Shown: positions 39,081 to 47,298 of the stretch, one piece after another
Layout of the letters: each line of letters begins with the position of its first letter
Position numbering within the stretch: the stretch's first letter is position 1
Sequence record: PP355768.1
Length of the DNA stretch: 64,000 bases
Direction: 5' to 3' (one strand)
The notes under the pieces: model-generated
What the model was told of the DNA's origin: nothing
The model's input: only the letters and a program-made list of their open reading frames with translations
Databases searched by the model: none
Made by a program: the position numbers and the translations under genes

Positions 39081-39109
39081 ATTCTAACATACATCTCAAA
39101 TAATGTCAA
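39081..39109 (-). promoter_or_regulatory. Strong promoter pointing into the repeat region
   Basis: A-tract UP element then TTGACA-17-TAGAAT. Confidence 0.75.
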
Positions 39110-39130
39110 GAATTTTTACGAGAGTGTTTG

Positions 39131-39163
39131 AAAAAGTGTCACGGGGTAGATGTTTACCCCGTG
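39131..39163 (-). terminator. Terminator ending the leftward early operon
   Basis: CACGGGGTA-6-TACCCCGTG plus T5 on the minus strand. Confidence 0.75.
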
Positions 39164-39173
39164 AACTCGTAGA

Positions 39174-39515
39174 CTACAGTTGAGAACGTAGGTTCTCTAA
39201 CTCAGTGAGGAAGGCAGGATTCGTTTGATCGAAATCCTTAATGAGGAGGTGCTGATCAAAGGAGAATTCGTAGTCTTCTCCGTACAGCTTAATGAAGAGA
39301 TCTGGATGTTCACGCTTCAACACAACATGCGCTACGATACTCGGGGTGATACCACCATCTCCTTTGTGGTAATCGAATAACTGTAGAGTTTCATGCCTAG
39401 CTTCTGGTTTAGCTGGTTCTTCTTTCTCGATACCCCAAGGAGTAACAAACTTAGGATCACCACCTGGGAAGACAGATGCTCGCATCTTATAAACATAAGA
39501 ACTGAGATCTTTCAT
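39174..39515 (-). CDS. Early hypothetical protein
   Basis: 113 aa; last gene of the leftward operon. Confidence 0.7.
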   Translation of the reverse strand: MKDLSSYVYKMRASVFPGGDPKFVTPWGIEKEEPAKPEARHETLQLFDYHKGDGGITPSIVAHVVLKREHPDLFIKLYGEDYEFSFDQHLLIKDFDQTNPAFLTELENLRSQL

Positions 39516-39584
39516 CGCTTTACTTCCTTGCCAAACTGCAAAGATCTCATGTTTACCTTCAGACGCTCTGACTGGTATTTAACT

Positions 39585-39899
39585 TTATTCACTCCACCTA
39601 GAATGTGAAAACGGCTCTCTACCTGTCAAGCGTTCAATCATCCTCCGGTGCTCCCGCTCTCTGTGTTCCTTAAACACCTGAAGAGCGGCGAAACTGTCCA
39701 CTGGCGTGTACGGCACGCCGTTAACTTTGAGGATATCCTCGCCTCTGATCTTGAATAGCGGGTTGTCCTGCTGGGCCTTAGCGTGGCATTCGCTCAAGTA
39801 TTCTGAGAAAGTTGTGCCATCTTCCCGAGTACACAGGGTGCGGAGAAGATAGCTACAGTTCTCACCAACCGGAGTCCATACTTCATATTTCTCATTCAT
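39585..39899 (-). CDS. Early hypothetical protein
   Basis: 104 aa; AGAGG RBS. Confidence 0.72.
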   Translation of the reverse strand: MNEKYEVWTPVGENCSYLLRTLCTREDGTTFSEYLSECHAKAQQDNPLFKIRGEDILKVNGVPYTPVDSFAALQVFKEHREREHRRMIERLTGREPFSHSRWSE

Positions 39900-39911
39900 T
39901 GTATTATCCTC

Positions 39912-40421
39912 TTACATAAAGAAATCTTCATCGGATTCAGCTATTTCTTTATAAAAGCCGTGGTATGCGGCAACTGCCTCGCTAGGTGCTGCCATGTCGT
40001 ATAGGCGTGCTCTTTGTTTTAATTCTGCTTTATTTTGGCACTGCCTAATCATTTCTTCTACTTCTTGCTGCAAGCGTGCATCTACACGAACCACCAGCTC
40101 ACCGTCATGAATAGCTCCAACTTTGTACGTCAACATCGTGAGATAGCCCGGGTGCTGTCGAGATTTTTTGAGAACCACGTTAGTATACGCTGTTAACTCA
40201 TGGACGAATACTGCACCTGGGAATGCGTAAGGAGTTAGCTTCTTACGAGCTTTTACTGCCCTAATATCTATTAAATGAAAGAAGTCTTTCGGAGTCTTGG
40301 ATATGTCGTCCGGTACTTCTACTTGGAACTGATTCCAGAGGATACGTACTTTGTTCTCCGACATGCCATAGACAATGTACGTTTCGTTAGCTTCTTCAAA
40401 ATCAACTGTACAGAATAACAT
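39912..40421 (-). CDS. Early hypothetical protein
   Basis: 169 aa; operon packing. Confidence 0.72.
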   Translation of the reverse strand: MLFCTVDFEEANETYIVYGMSENKVRILWNQFQVEVPDDISKTPKDFFHLIDIRAVKARKKLTPYAFPGAVFVHELTAYTNVVLKKSRQHPGYLTMLTYKVGAIHDGELVVRVDARLQQEVEEMIRQCQNKAELKQRARLYDMAAPSEAVAAYHGFYKEIAESDEDFFM

Positions 40422-40433
40422 ATCCTAGCCCTC

Positions 40434-40835
40434 TTACTTGTTGTAGAACTCTGTAGCATTATCCCATTTTATGAGACTCTCGACATGGGCTTGATCCCAG
40501 ATATTTCTGGAGTTAGTCAATGCAGAAACATGCGGCTGAATAAGTTCGAACTTGCCCACGGTAGCACCGCTAGTGAGCAGTAACGAGGTTAATGCTTCGA
40601 ACTTAACGGTATCGCTACCGGACAGCTCGCTTACTGCTTTAACCTTGTCAATTATAGAGATCATCTTAGCTTCTTCACCTACGAACGTAAAGCGCAGATT
40701 GCGGAAGCGGAAGGAGATAGCTGCTACACTCGGCTTGCTAGAGTCCGGGGAGTAGTTTGGATGGAACTTGATCTCAGAGACTGACTGGTCAGTCAGATAG
40801 TTGGTACTAGGATTATTCAGGGAATCGTATTTCAT
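40434..40835 (-). CDS. Early hypothetical protein
   Basis: 133 aa; GGAGG RBS; own promoter TTGACG-17-TATAAT at 40901-40873 inside the upstream gene. Confidence 0.75.
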   Translation of the reverse strand: MKYDSLNNPSTNYLTDQSVSEIKFHPNYSPDSSKPSVAAISFRFRNLRFTFVGEEAKMISIIDKVKAVSELSGSDTVKFEALTSLLLTSGATVGKFELIQPHVSALTNSRNIWDQAHVESLIKWDNATEFYNK

Positions 40836-41289
40836 CTTTAACCTCCAAAGGTTTTATCAATTTACTGGAGTTATTATACCAAATAATGGAGTCTCCGTCA
40901 ATTGAAAATTTGTGATAGTATGCTGGCACGGTGTAACTTCCATAATCCGTAACTCTGGTAACCATGCGGTGTCTGCATTTTTGGCAACCGTTACCCTCAA
41001 GGTGGCTTCTAGCAGTTTGCATAAAGTAATCTTGATGGTCTGGACACCATATTTCCACCAGCTGATTTAGGCTGTGGAACACTAGCTTCTCATATCCGAA
41101 GAATACTCCATGAGCGTCTAGAGCACGGTTAATAAAGATGAGGTTCTTAGCATCTTGCCTGAAATCTGGCCTTAGCTGCTTTATCTTATTATGGTTGATC
41201 GAACCGTCGCGTTTAAGGAACTGATTAATGGGGAAAGATTTAGCTTCCCATACTAGCTCTTGATTTATCTTCTGTCTTAATTCTTCCAT
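40813..41289 (-). CDS. Hypothetical protein with a CPxH..CxxC zinc-finger (DUF723-like)
   Basis: EIWCPDHQDYFMQTARSHLEGNGCQKC; start at the internal ATG 41289 is inferred. Confidence 0.7.
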   Translation of the reverse strand: MEELRQKINQELVWEAKSFPINQFLKRDGSINHNKIKQLRPDFRQDAKNLIFINRALDAHGVFFGYEKLVFHSLNQLVEIWCPDHQDYFMQTARSHLEGNGCQKCRHRMVTRVTDYGSYTVPAYYHKFSIDGDSIIWYNNSSKLIKPLEVKDEIRFPE

Positions 41290-41334
41290 AGTTGAAACCA
41301 CGAAAGGCCAGAGCAATTAGCCCTGGCCTCTTTG

Positions 41335-41622
41335 TTAGGTGAACAGATCCAGAAACTCCTCTGGATAATCGGAAGGATCTCCAAAGTCGATGTGATCTGC
41401 GTTAATCGGGTAGCCTTCCTTCGTCTTGATGCCCTGAAGAACATGGGCCAGCACGTCAAAGTCAACGCTGCTGTTGTCGCAACAGGTAGCCCAGGCTTCC
41501 TGACGGTGGACGCATTTGCCATCCACCATAACCTCAACACCGTAGCCAGTATTCCAGCAACCGTATTCGCAATCCCCAGAATCTTCCTCTAGGAAGTTTA
41601 CCACAACGCGTTTCTTAGCCAT
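41335..41622 (-). CDS. Acidic, Cys-rich early protein
   Basis: 95 aa; AGAGGG RBS. Confidence 0.72.
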   Translation of the reverse strand: MAKKRVVVNFLEEDSGDCEYGCWNTGYGVEVMVDGKCVHRQEAWATCCDNSSVDFDVLAHVLQGIKTKEGYPINADHIDFGDPSDYPEEFLDLFT

Positions 41623-41633
41623 TTGTCACCCTC

Positions 41634-42023
41634 TTAGTGAATTGTACCGTCGATGCCTTCCACATGGATATCAATTGCCATTTTCAGCATCGACTCCGAT
41701 TTATCGAACTCTTTCTTAGAAGCCAGGAGTGCTTCACCACGAGCTTTACCATACTCTGCAATAGCGTTAAGAGTATGTTTCAGGATATCGTCGGCAGATA
41801 AACCCTCTGCTTGCCAATGGATCTGAGCTGTAGCAATGTTCACCATAAACTTACTCAGCTCAACACGCTCTTTGTCGAGCGCCTGCATTACATGCGTTTT
41901 GCAGTTATAGAAGGAGTTCAGACAAATGTCTTCTTCGGTCAGACCTTCAACCAGAAGCATCTTCTCTACTTGCGCCAGGCGATCAAGCCACGGATTTTGG
42001 AGCATCAAATTTTTCACTTGCAT
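41634..42023 (-). CDS. Early hypothetical protein
   Basis: Helical ORF; start at ATG 42023 inferred. Confidence 0.68.
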   Translation of the reverse strand: MQVKNLMLQNPWLDRLAQVEKMLLVEGLTEEDICLNSFYNCKTHVMQALDKERVELSKFMVNIATAQIHWQAEGLSADDILKHTLNAIAEYGKARGEALLASKKEFDKSESMLKMAIDIHVEGIDGTIH

Positions 42024-42450
42024 GGTATAAGTTCCCGTCGTTAATTGGTGCGAATGATTTTGCGTTGCGTTCAGGACGTTGTTTAGCAATCCAGCCCAGC
42101 ATCATTTGTCGAGGTAAGACAACTGCTGTGTTCAGCAGCACTTCGTAGATCCAGTAGCGTGCGTTCTGATACTTACCAAACTCATACGCTTTCTTGAACA
42201 AGCCCCAAACTACGCTAAGCTCTAGCGTCTCTGCATTTGCAGTCTGCCGGAATGGTATCACTTTGGAGCCAATGAGTTCTTTCAGAGCGGAGTTGATATC
42301 CTGATGGCTGAACGTGGTCTCATGGAACTCGTTGAAGAAACGATAATCCAGGGCGTTATTAGCGTTGACAAACATCTGGATGAACAGATCGCTGAACTCT
42401 TGGTGCTCACGATTAAAATATTGATTTAAAACTTCAGTTGAAGCGGCCAT
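41983..42450 (-). CDS. Early hypothetical protein
   Basis: 155 aa; operon packing. Confidence 0.7.
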   Translation of the reverse strand: MAASTEVLNQYFNREHQEFSDLFIQMFVNANNALDYRFFNEFHETTFSHQDINSALKELIGSKVIPFRQTANAETLELSVVWGLFKKAYEFGKYQNARYWIYEVLLNTAVVLPRQMMLGWIAKQRPERNAKSFAPINDGNLYHASEKFDAPKSVA

Positions 42451-42661
42451 CTTTCCACCCGTTAATTGCTACGAGATACATCTCGTAAATGAATACAGTG
42501 ACTGGTTGAATTGCTTCCATGTAGAACGTCGCCGGGACGTTATGGAAGACTGAAACCACCATGGAGAGGAACAGTGCCCAACCTAGGAAACGGCTGGGAA
42601 GTTCTCGCCATACCTGGAAGTTGCAATCCAGGAAGTTATAGATTCGAAGCTGATTAAGCAT
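42434..42661 (-). CDS. Early membrane protein
   Basis: 75 aa with a hydrophobic core; ATGA-type coupling. Confidence 0.65.
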   Translation of the reverse strand: MLNQLRIYNFLDCNFQVWRELPSRFLGWALFLSMVVSVFHNVPATFYMEAIQPVTVFIYEMYLVAINGWKDGRFN

Positions 42662-42995
42662 TGGTCAGTCTCCAGTAATAGTGACGAGTATTAAACTCGA
42701 AAGGTTCGTCGGTGATCTTAGTGTGCAGCGTGATGATATCCGGGGAGTAGGACTTTGCCAGATCTTTGCGAACCATCACAGTGTTAAACGGAGCGCCATC
42801 AGCACGCTGAACCACAATTGCCAAGCCTAGAGGAGGAAGCTCACACAAAGGACGCCATGAGTCCTTTTCAGCAAGCTCAATCTTGGCGATTAGGGCAATT
42901 GACTCAACGATATCTTCATCACAAAGCAAATCGTGGTCTACTACCTGACGCAGAGCATCTACTAACACTTGGCGTTCTTTAGAGTTAAGATTCAT
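42654..42995 (-). CDS. Early hypothetical protein
   Basis: 113 aa; coupled. Confidence 0.7.
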   Translation of the reverse strand: MNLNSKERQVLVDALRQVVDHDLLCDEDIVESIALIAKIELAEKDSWRPLCELPPLGLAIVVQRADGAPFNTVMVRKDLAKSYSPDIITLHTKITDEPFEFNTRHYYWRLTNA

Positions 42996-43240
42996 TTTTC
43001 TTCCTTCTTAATGGTATTTTCAATATCGTCCAGCAATGCTGTGCAGTTATCGTAGTTAACTTTGCCCCGGCCAAAGATTCTCAAAACACAGGCGTAGTAC
43101 CCGGTTAACAGAAGTGCCAGAGGATACAGAGGAACCAGCATTGCTGCCTTGATAGTACCTTTTAAACCGAAGCTGTGGTACTTCCCGGACAGGTAGCCAA
43201 CAACTACCAAGTAGAGTGCTGCAATAATAGGTGAGATCAT
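42992..43240 (-). CDS. Early membrane protein
   Basis: 82 aa; two hydrophobic segments. Confidence 0.7.
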   Translation of the reverse strand: MISPIIAALYLVVVGYLSGKYHSFGLKGTIKAAMLVPLYPLALLLTGYYACVLRIFGRGKVNYDNCTALLDDIENTIKKEEK

Positions 43241-43518
43241 TTCTTAATCTCCGTGATCAACCGCATTTTGGTTGTCTTCGACATTGTGGAATCCTGACCG
43301 ATAATCTCTTCAATCTTAGCCAGGCGAACTAAGAGTCGTTCAGCCGCAGCAGAGAATTCATCAGCGTCTCGTACTTGATCCATCAACTTTTCGTGGAGTC
43401 CGTTATTGGTCAATCTCATCCTGCGGTTAGCTTCCCGCAGTATTGATACCCAAACCGCCAGACCCGTTCCAGTTACGAGGGCTGCTATTAACAGCCCGGA
43501 GAGAATTTCTAGTACCAT
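43237..43518 (-). CDS. Membrane-anchored coiled-coil early protein
   Basis: 93 aa; N-terminal TM. Confidence 0.7.
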   Translation of the reverse strand: MVLEILSGLLIAALVTGTGLAVWVSILREANRRMRLTNNGLHEKLMDQVRDADEFSAAAERLLVRLAKIEEIIGQDSTMSKTTKMRLITEIKK

Positions 43519-43823
43519 TACTTTTTCTTCGCCTTTTCACGTTTCAGGTCACGTTCGAAGCTCTCAGCACGACGTTCAGCAACCTGCTGGTGTTCTTTGG
43601 CCCAGCGCGCTTCATTTTTAGCGAGGTTGTAGGCCGCAGCGTTTTTGTTAGTACCTTCGTACAGAGCACGAAGTGCCGGGAGAGACAGTTTTGCAAGCTG
43701 ACCTTCGAACCCATCCATATCCAGCAGGATTACCAGTACCGCAACCATTTCGTCTTTGGTCAGGGTGTTAGCTTGTTCGTCAGCAGTTTTACCAGTGGTG
43801 TAAGAGATAGTGTTCTTAGCCAT
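43518..43823 (-). CDS. Early hypothetical protein
   Basis: 101 aa; promoter TTGCTA-17-TATAAT at 43887-43859. Confidence 0.75.
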   Translation of the reverse strand: MAKNTISYTTGKTADEQANTLTKDEMVAVLVILLDMDGFEGQLAKLSLPALRALYEGTNKNAAAYNLAKNEARWAKEHQQVAERRAESFERDLKREKAKKK

Positions 43824-43904
43824 AATGATTTCCGTCCGTTTCGTTAATTTATGCGTATATTATACCGAAATTCTAACTACTTAGCAAGTGAATTTTTAAA
43901 CTTT

Positions 43905-44333
43905 TTACCAATCGATCCGGTAAGCGTAAACTTCAGAATGAATGTGTTCTTCCACCAGTTTCTTAATCTCTGGCCAGTTCTTTTGAATCTCGTCTAGAAC
44001 ATAGTCGTTCGAAGCGTCTTCCCATTCGTCAGGAGTGCGCATGAAAGAGTTCGCATACTCCAGCACACTCTCCAGAACATCGGTCAGGTAAACTATTTCC
44101 CCACGATTGCAGTATGCGTGTTGATAATCCCGGCGATCTTCATTAAATGGGGAGTCGCTGAGATAATCTCCCATATGAAGGAGTTCATCGGCGAACTCCT
44201 CAAATGCCTTGACACGAGCAGACAGCGGTATGCTTTCATCACGCATCAGCAGGTTAAAAGAAGCACGGGCGGTGTTAACTGCGTGGCGAAGGGATTCCAT
44301 ATTTGCATTCAGTTCGATCATTGCGTTTTTCAT
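43905..44333 (-). CDS. Early hypothetical protein
   Basis: 142 aa; promoter TTGCTT-17-TATAAT at 44390-44362; GAGG RBS. Confidence 0.75.
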   Translation of the reverse strand: MKNAMIELNANMESLRHAVNTARASFNLLMRDESIPLSARVKAFEEFADELLHMGDYLSDSPFNEDRRDYQHAYCNRGEIVYLTDVLESVLEYANSFMRTPDEWEDASNDYVLDEIQKNWPEIKKLVEEHIHSEVYAYRIDW

Positions 44334-44396
44334 ATTTGCTTCCTCATCAATTTATAAAGCTATTATACAGAAAAATTGGCTCGGAAGCAACTGAAT

Positions 44397-44516
44397 TTAA
44401 AATACAAATGCTACGAGCGCCCAGATTCCGCCTACAATTGCTGCACCGACTAACGCAGCCAGGATTAAAAGGCCAATAAACATCTTGGCCATATCATTTC
44501 CCATTCCAGTATACAT
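44397..44516 (-). CDS. 39-aa membrane peptide
   Basis: MYTGMGNDMAKMFIGLLILAALVGAAIVGGIWALVAFVF; follows GGAGGA. Confidence 0.6.
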   Translation of the reverse strand: MYTGMGNDMAKMFIGLLILAALVGAAIVGGIWALVAFVF

Positions 44517-44518
44517 GG

Positions 44519-44887
44519 TTATTCCTCCACTACCAATCTTCTCATGTAGTCGTTCCACCCTGCACAGAAGGGAGAGACACCCCGGAGTAGTTCGGTAGAC
44601 TGATGCTGCTTATAGTGATCTTCTGCAGCCTTAGCCCCACGTTTCTTCTCTGCCCTTTTATTAAACTCTTCCAGCACGATACGTCCTTCTAGGGCTTCTT
44701 TAGCGATAGGATACTCCGGCCAATCCTCCTCTAGAACGAGGTAGTTTGGAAACCCTACCTTACCGTCAGCTTCCCGACCTTTAAAGATCAGAGATAAGCT
44801 GTCGTTTATCTCCCGAATAGCAGTGCTGGTTAGATACTTAGCGGCATCTGACTGCTTAAATACAATATAGCGAGATTCGAGTTTCAT
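44519..44887 (-). CDS. Early hypothetical protein
   Basis: 122 aa; GAGG RBS. Confidence 0.72.
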   Translation of the reverse strand: MKLESRYIVFKQSDAAKYLTSTAIREINDSLSLIFKGREADGKVGFPNYLVLEEDWPEYPIAKEALEGRIVLEEFNKRAEKKRGAKAAEDHYKQHQSTELLRGVSPFCAGWNDYMRRLVVEE

Positions 44888-44895
44888 GATTTACC

Positions 44896-45129
44896 TCAGG
44901 CAGTGAATAGGATGTCGTCCAGTAGGTCGTCCATTGGGCGATCTTTATGGATCTCCCAGAACTCTTCCGGTTCCCAGGTTTCAGTGTCCGGGGCAACCAG
45001 AACCGAGATATTCGCGTCGTCTGTAAACACGGAGTTGCCGTTGTCCAGCATTGCGACACATTTCTGCAACTCGAAACCACCAGCAACTACGAATACTTCA
45101 CCTTCTTCCAAATCTTTGAAAAGTTTCAT
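44896..45129 (-). CDS. Early hypothetical protein, acidic
   Basis: 77 aa; AGGTGA RBS. Confidence 0.7.
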   Translation of the reverse strand: MKLFKDLEEGEVFVVAGGFELQKCVAMLDNGNSVFTDDANISVLVAPDTETWEPEEFWEIHKDRPMDDLLDDILFTA

Positions 45130-45139
45130 GCTTCACCTA

Positions 45140-45970
45140 TTAAATAATGTCAGCGGAACCACAGGGATCATCACGATCTGTGGTGAATGTGTATAATTGA
45201 CCTAGAACCGGCGACGCCACGGTCATACGACCGTTAAAGGTGCCACCTGTGTCCAGATAGACACGGTTCTTCCAGCGAAGTGGGAACGGGACACCAGTAT
45301 GGCCATGAAACGTGTAGTCTACTCCCATGATTTCAGGCACATCGACTGCGCACTCCTTGGAGAAGCTAGAGTAGCGATCGAAGTACGGATGCTTTTCCCC
45401 ACTACGATACAGGTTAAACCCAACTTCCTGGATTACATCACGATCCCACAGCAGTACACCCAGACGACGTAAATCTGGTGTAGATTCGTGTTCGTGTACA
45501 ATATCATCCCACACCGGGACGGTTACACCCATACCCTGAGCCTGATAGCGCAGAGGGATACCAGCATGGACTACCCCGTAACGCTTGCCACGGTGCTCGA
45601 CTGTCATCATGTAAGGCATTTTGCTGTCCATGTCTTCCGCGATGCCTTTCAGGGTGTCCGTATCGAAACCTTCCGTGATAGTCCAGCTGCCACCGTTATA
45701 CATCCAGTTGGCATAGTCGTCTTGAATCATGAACTCGTCATGATTACCACGAACGGAGCGGAATTTCGGGTTGTACAGGAACTTCGCTAGAACCTGTAAG
45801 TTTTTCGGGCCACGGTCGATAAGATCCCCTACGCAGAACACGTAGTCACGACCTTCTTCATACCCAGCAAGTTTCAGGGCATCCATCATCATATCGTACT
45901 CGCCATGAATATCCCCAATGAAGAAGATATTAGCATTGTCGGGCACGGTAACTGTTTCATGAACGTTCAT
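45140..45970 (-). CDS. Ser/Thr protein phosphatase (calcineurin-like metallophosphoesterase)
   Basis: GDIHG, GDLIDRG, RGNHD and HGHT motifs. Confidence 0.92.
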   Translation of the reverse strand: MNVHETVTVPDNANIFFIGDIHGEYDMMMDALKLAGYEEGRDYVFCVGDLIDRGPKNLQVLAKFLYNPKFRSVRGNHDEFMIQDDYANWMYNGGSWTITEGFDTDTLKGIAEDMDSKMPYMMTVEHRGKRYGVVHAGIPLRYQAQGMGVTVPVWDDIVHEHESTPDLRRLGVLLWDRDVIQEVGFNLYRSGEKHPYFDRYSSFSKECAVDVPEIMGVDYTFHGHTGVPFPLRWKNRVYLDTGGTFNGRMTVASPVLGQLYTFTTDRDDPCGSADII

Positions 45971-46320
45971 TAATACCTCGTCTCTTCTTTAGGTTGTGTA
46001 GGTTCGCTCTTTGTGGTAAGGTTTCTATATGAGCCGTTTATTTTGTCGTAGAACTTACTCTTAGTAAATCCGTCATACTCCCAGAAAATAATAATTCGGT
46101 TATCAGTGGCTTTTGCCAGCTCAAAGCCTCTTTCTTTAGCCCAACGAATACAAGAATAGTCCAGCTCACCTACTTTAACCGTAATCCCTGACAGTCCCTC
46201 TTCTACGTTGGAGACTATTGCTTTTATCAGTTCAGGTATCTGAGCTTTTTTAATGCTGTATGTATGGGCGCGGTTTTTACAGGCCATTTTTGTTGCCCAC
46301 CTTCTGTTTACGTAATCCAT
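45970..46320 (-). CDS. Early hypothetical protein, AT-rich
   Basis: 116 aa, abutting both neighbours. Confidence 0.6.
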   Translation of the reverse strand: MDYVNRRWATKMACKNRAHTYSIKKAQIPELIKAIVSNVEEGLSGITVKVGELDYSCIRWAKERGFELAKATDNRIIIFWEYDGFTKSKFYDKINGSYRNLTTKSEPTQPKEETRY

Positions 46321-46722
46321 TTAGCACTCCACATCGTCGTGTTCATAGCCATAGTTGGTGCAGGTGTTAGCTTCATCATCGTCCTTACAGAACGCAACGT
46401 AGCAGTCAACAACTTCCCAGAACGCTTCGTTGATCAAAGCATTTTGGTGGGTTAGGTCTAACTCATCCCACTCTTCTTCGCTCTGGAAGTCTGTATGTAC
46501 ATGAGCATCACAGCCTACAGCGCCTAGAGATACGACAATAACTAACTCGTCCTCTACCATTTCCACGTAAGCCTCTGCATACTCCCAGGCGGCTTCGTTA
46601 ACAAGCTGATTCTTCTGGGCAGCATCGAGAGCTTGCCACTCTTCTTTTGTGTACCCCAGATCAACGAAGGTAGTGCCGACCGCAAAACCATTATTCAGGA
46701 TAAGATATGCTTGCTTAGTCAT
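46321..46722 (-). CDS. Acidic early protein built from two tandem repeat domains
   Basis: EEW..LD...N.L.NEA.WE occurs twice; ATG 46722 after GAGAGGA. Confidence 0.72.
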   Translation of the reverse strand: MTKQAYLILNNGFAVGTTFVDLGYTKEEWQALDAAQKNQLVNEAAWEYAEAYVEMVEDELVIVVSLGAVGCDAHVHTDFQSEEEWDELDLTHQNALINEAFWEVVDCYVAFCKDDDEANTCTNYGYEHDDVEC

Positions 46723-46759
46723 TATGTAATCCTCTCTCAATTCAATATAAATATTATAT

Positions 46760-46790
46760 CAAAGACACTGACCATGGTATTGATTTTGAT
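46760..46790. other. Junction between T5-like and T4-like genomes
   Basis: The T5-type promoter keeps its -10 (TATAAT 46758-46753) but has no -35; a T4-type gene fragment starts immediately on the other strand. Confidence 0.85.
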
Positions 46791-46915
46791 ACTTCGAACC
46801 AGTATATGAAATTGGTAGTGAAATCAAACCTGGTCCTACTCGCTTGGACTTGATCGTTACCCCAGAAAATGCAGAAGAAATGATTGACTTGATCAAAAAA
46901 GTTTTCAAAAAGTAG
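46790..46915 (+). pseudogene. 3' fragment of a T4 frd.2-like gene
   Basis: LDLIVTPENAEEMIDLIKKVFKK* resembles the T4 frd.2 C-terminus; no start. Confidence 0.6.
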
Positions 46916-46944
46916 TTTACAAGGAGCTATGCTTGTGATAGTAT
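46915..46944 (+). promoter_or_regulatory. T4-type early promoter
   Basis: A-tract, GTTTACA-17-TAGTAT. Confidence 0.75.
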
Positions 46945-46971
46945 AGCTCCATAATCTACTGGAGAATAAAA

Positions 46972-47250
46972 ATGAAACTTCAACGTCAAAGCATCAAACT
47001 TGGTTCTGAATATCGTGGTAAATGGAATTTCTGCATTTGCGACAAAAACCCAGAAGAATTAGAGCGTGTTGAAGAAGTACTGTGCCAAATGGAAGCTCCA
47101 TTCACTATGGGTGGTGAAACTGTTTATTGGAATGATTATTGTGATAACTGCCCATGCTATGAAGATGGGTATGGCTCAGGCTTCTGGATTCCCGTTGAAG
47201 ATGTTGAAGAATTCAAAAAAGCATTTAAACTCGCTAAGGCCAAGAAATGA
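46972..47250 (+). CDS. frd.1: T4 frd.1-like conserved hypothetical protein
   Basis: MKLQRQSIK..E.RGKW and C..CP.YEDG..GFWI. Confidence 0.82.
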   Translation: MKLQRQSIKLGSEYRGKWNFCICDKNPEELERVEEVLCQMEAPFTMGGETVYWNDYCDNCPCYEDGYGSGFWIPVEDVEEFKKAFKLAKAKK

Positions 47251-47298
47251 TTGAGGCTGAATTAGCAGTTTTGTTAATTTCTGTTACTTGAGGTTTAA

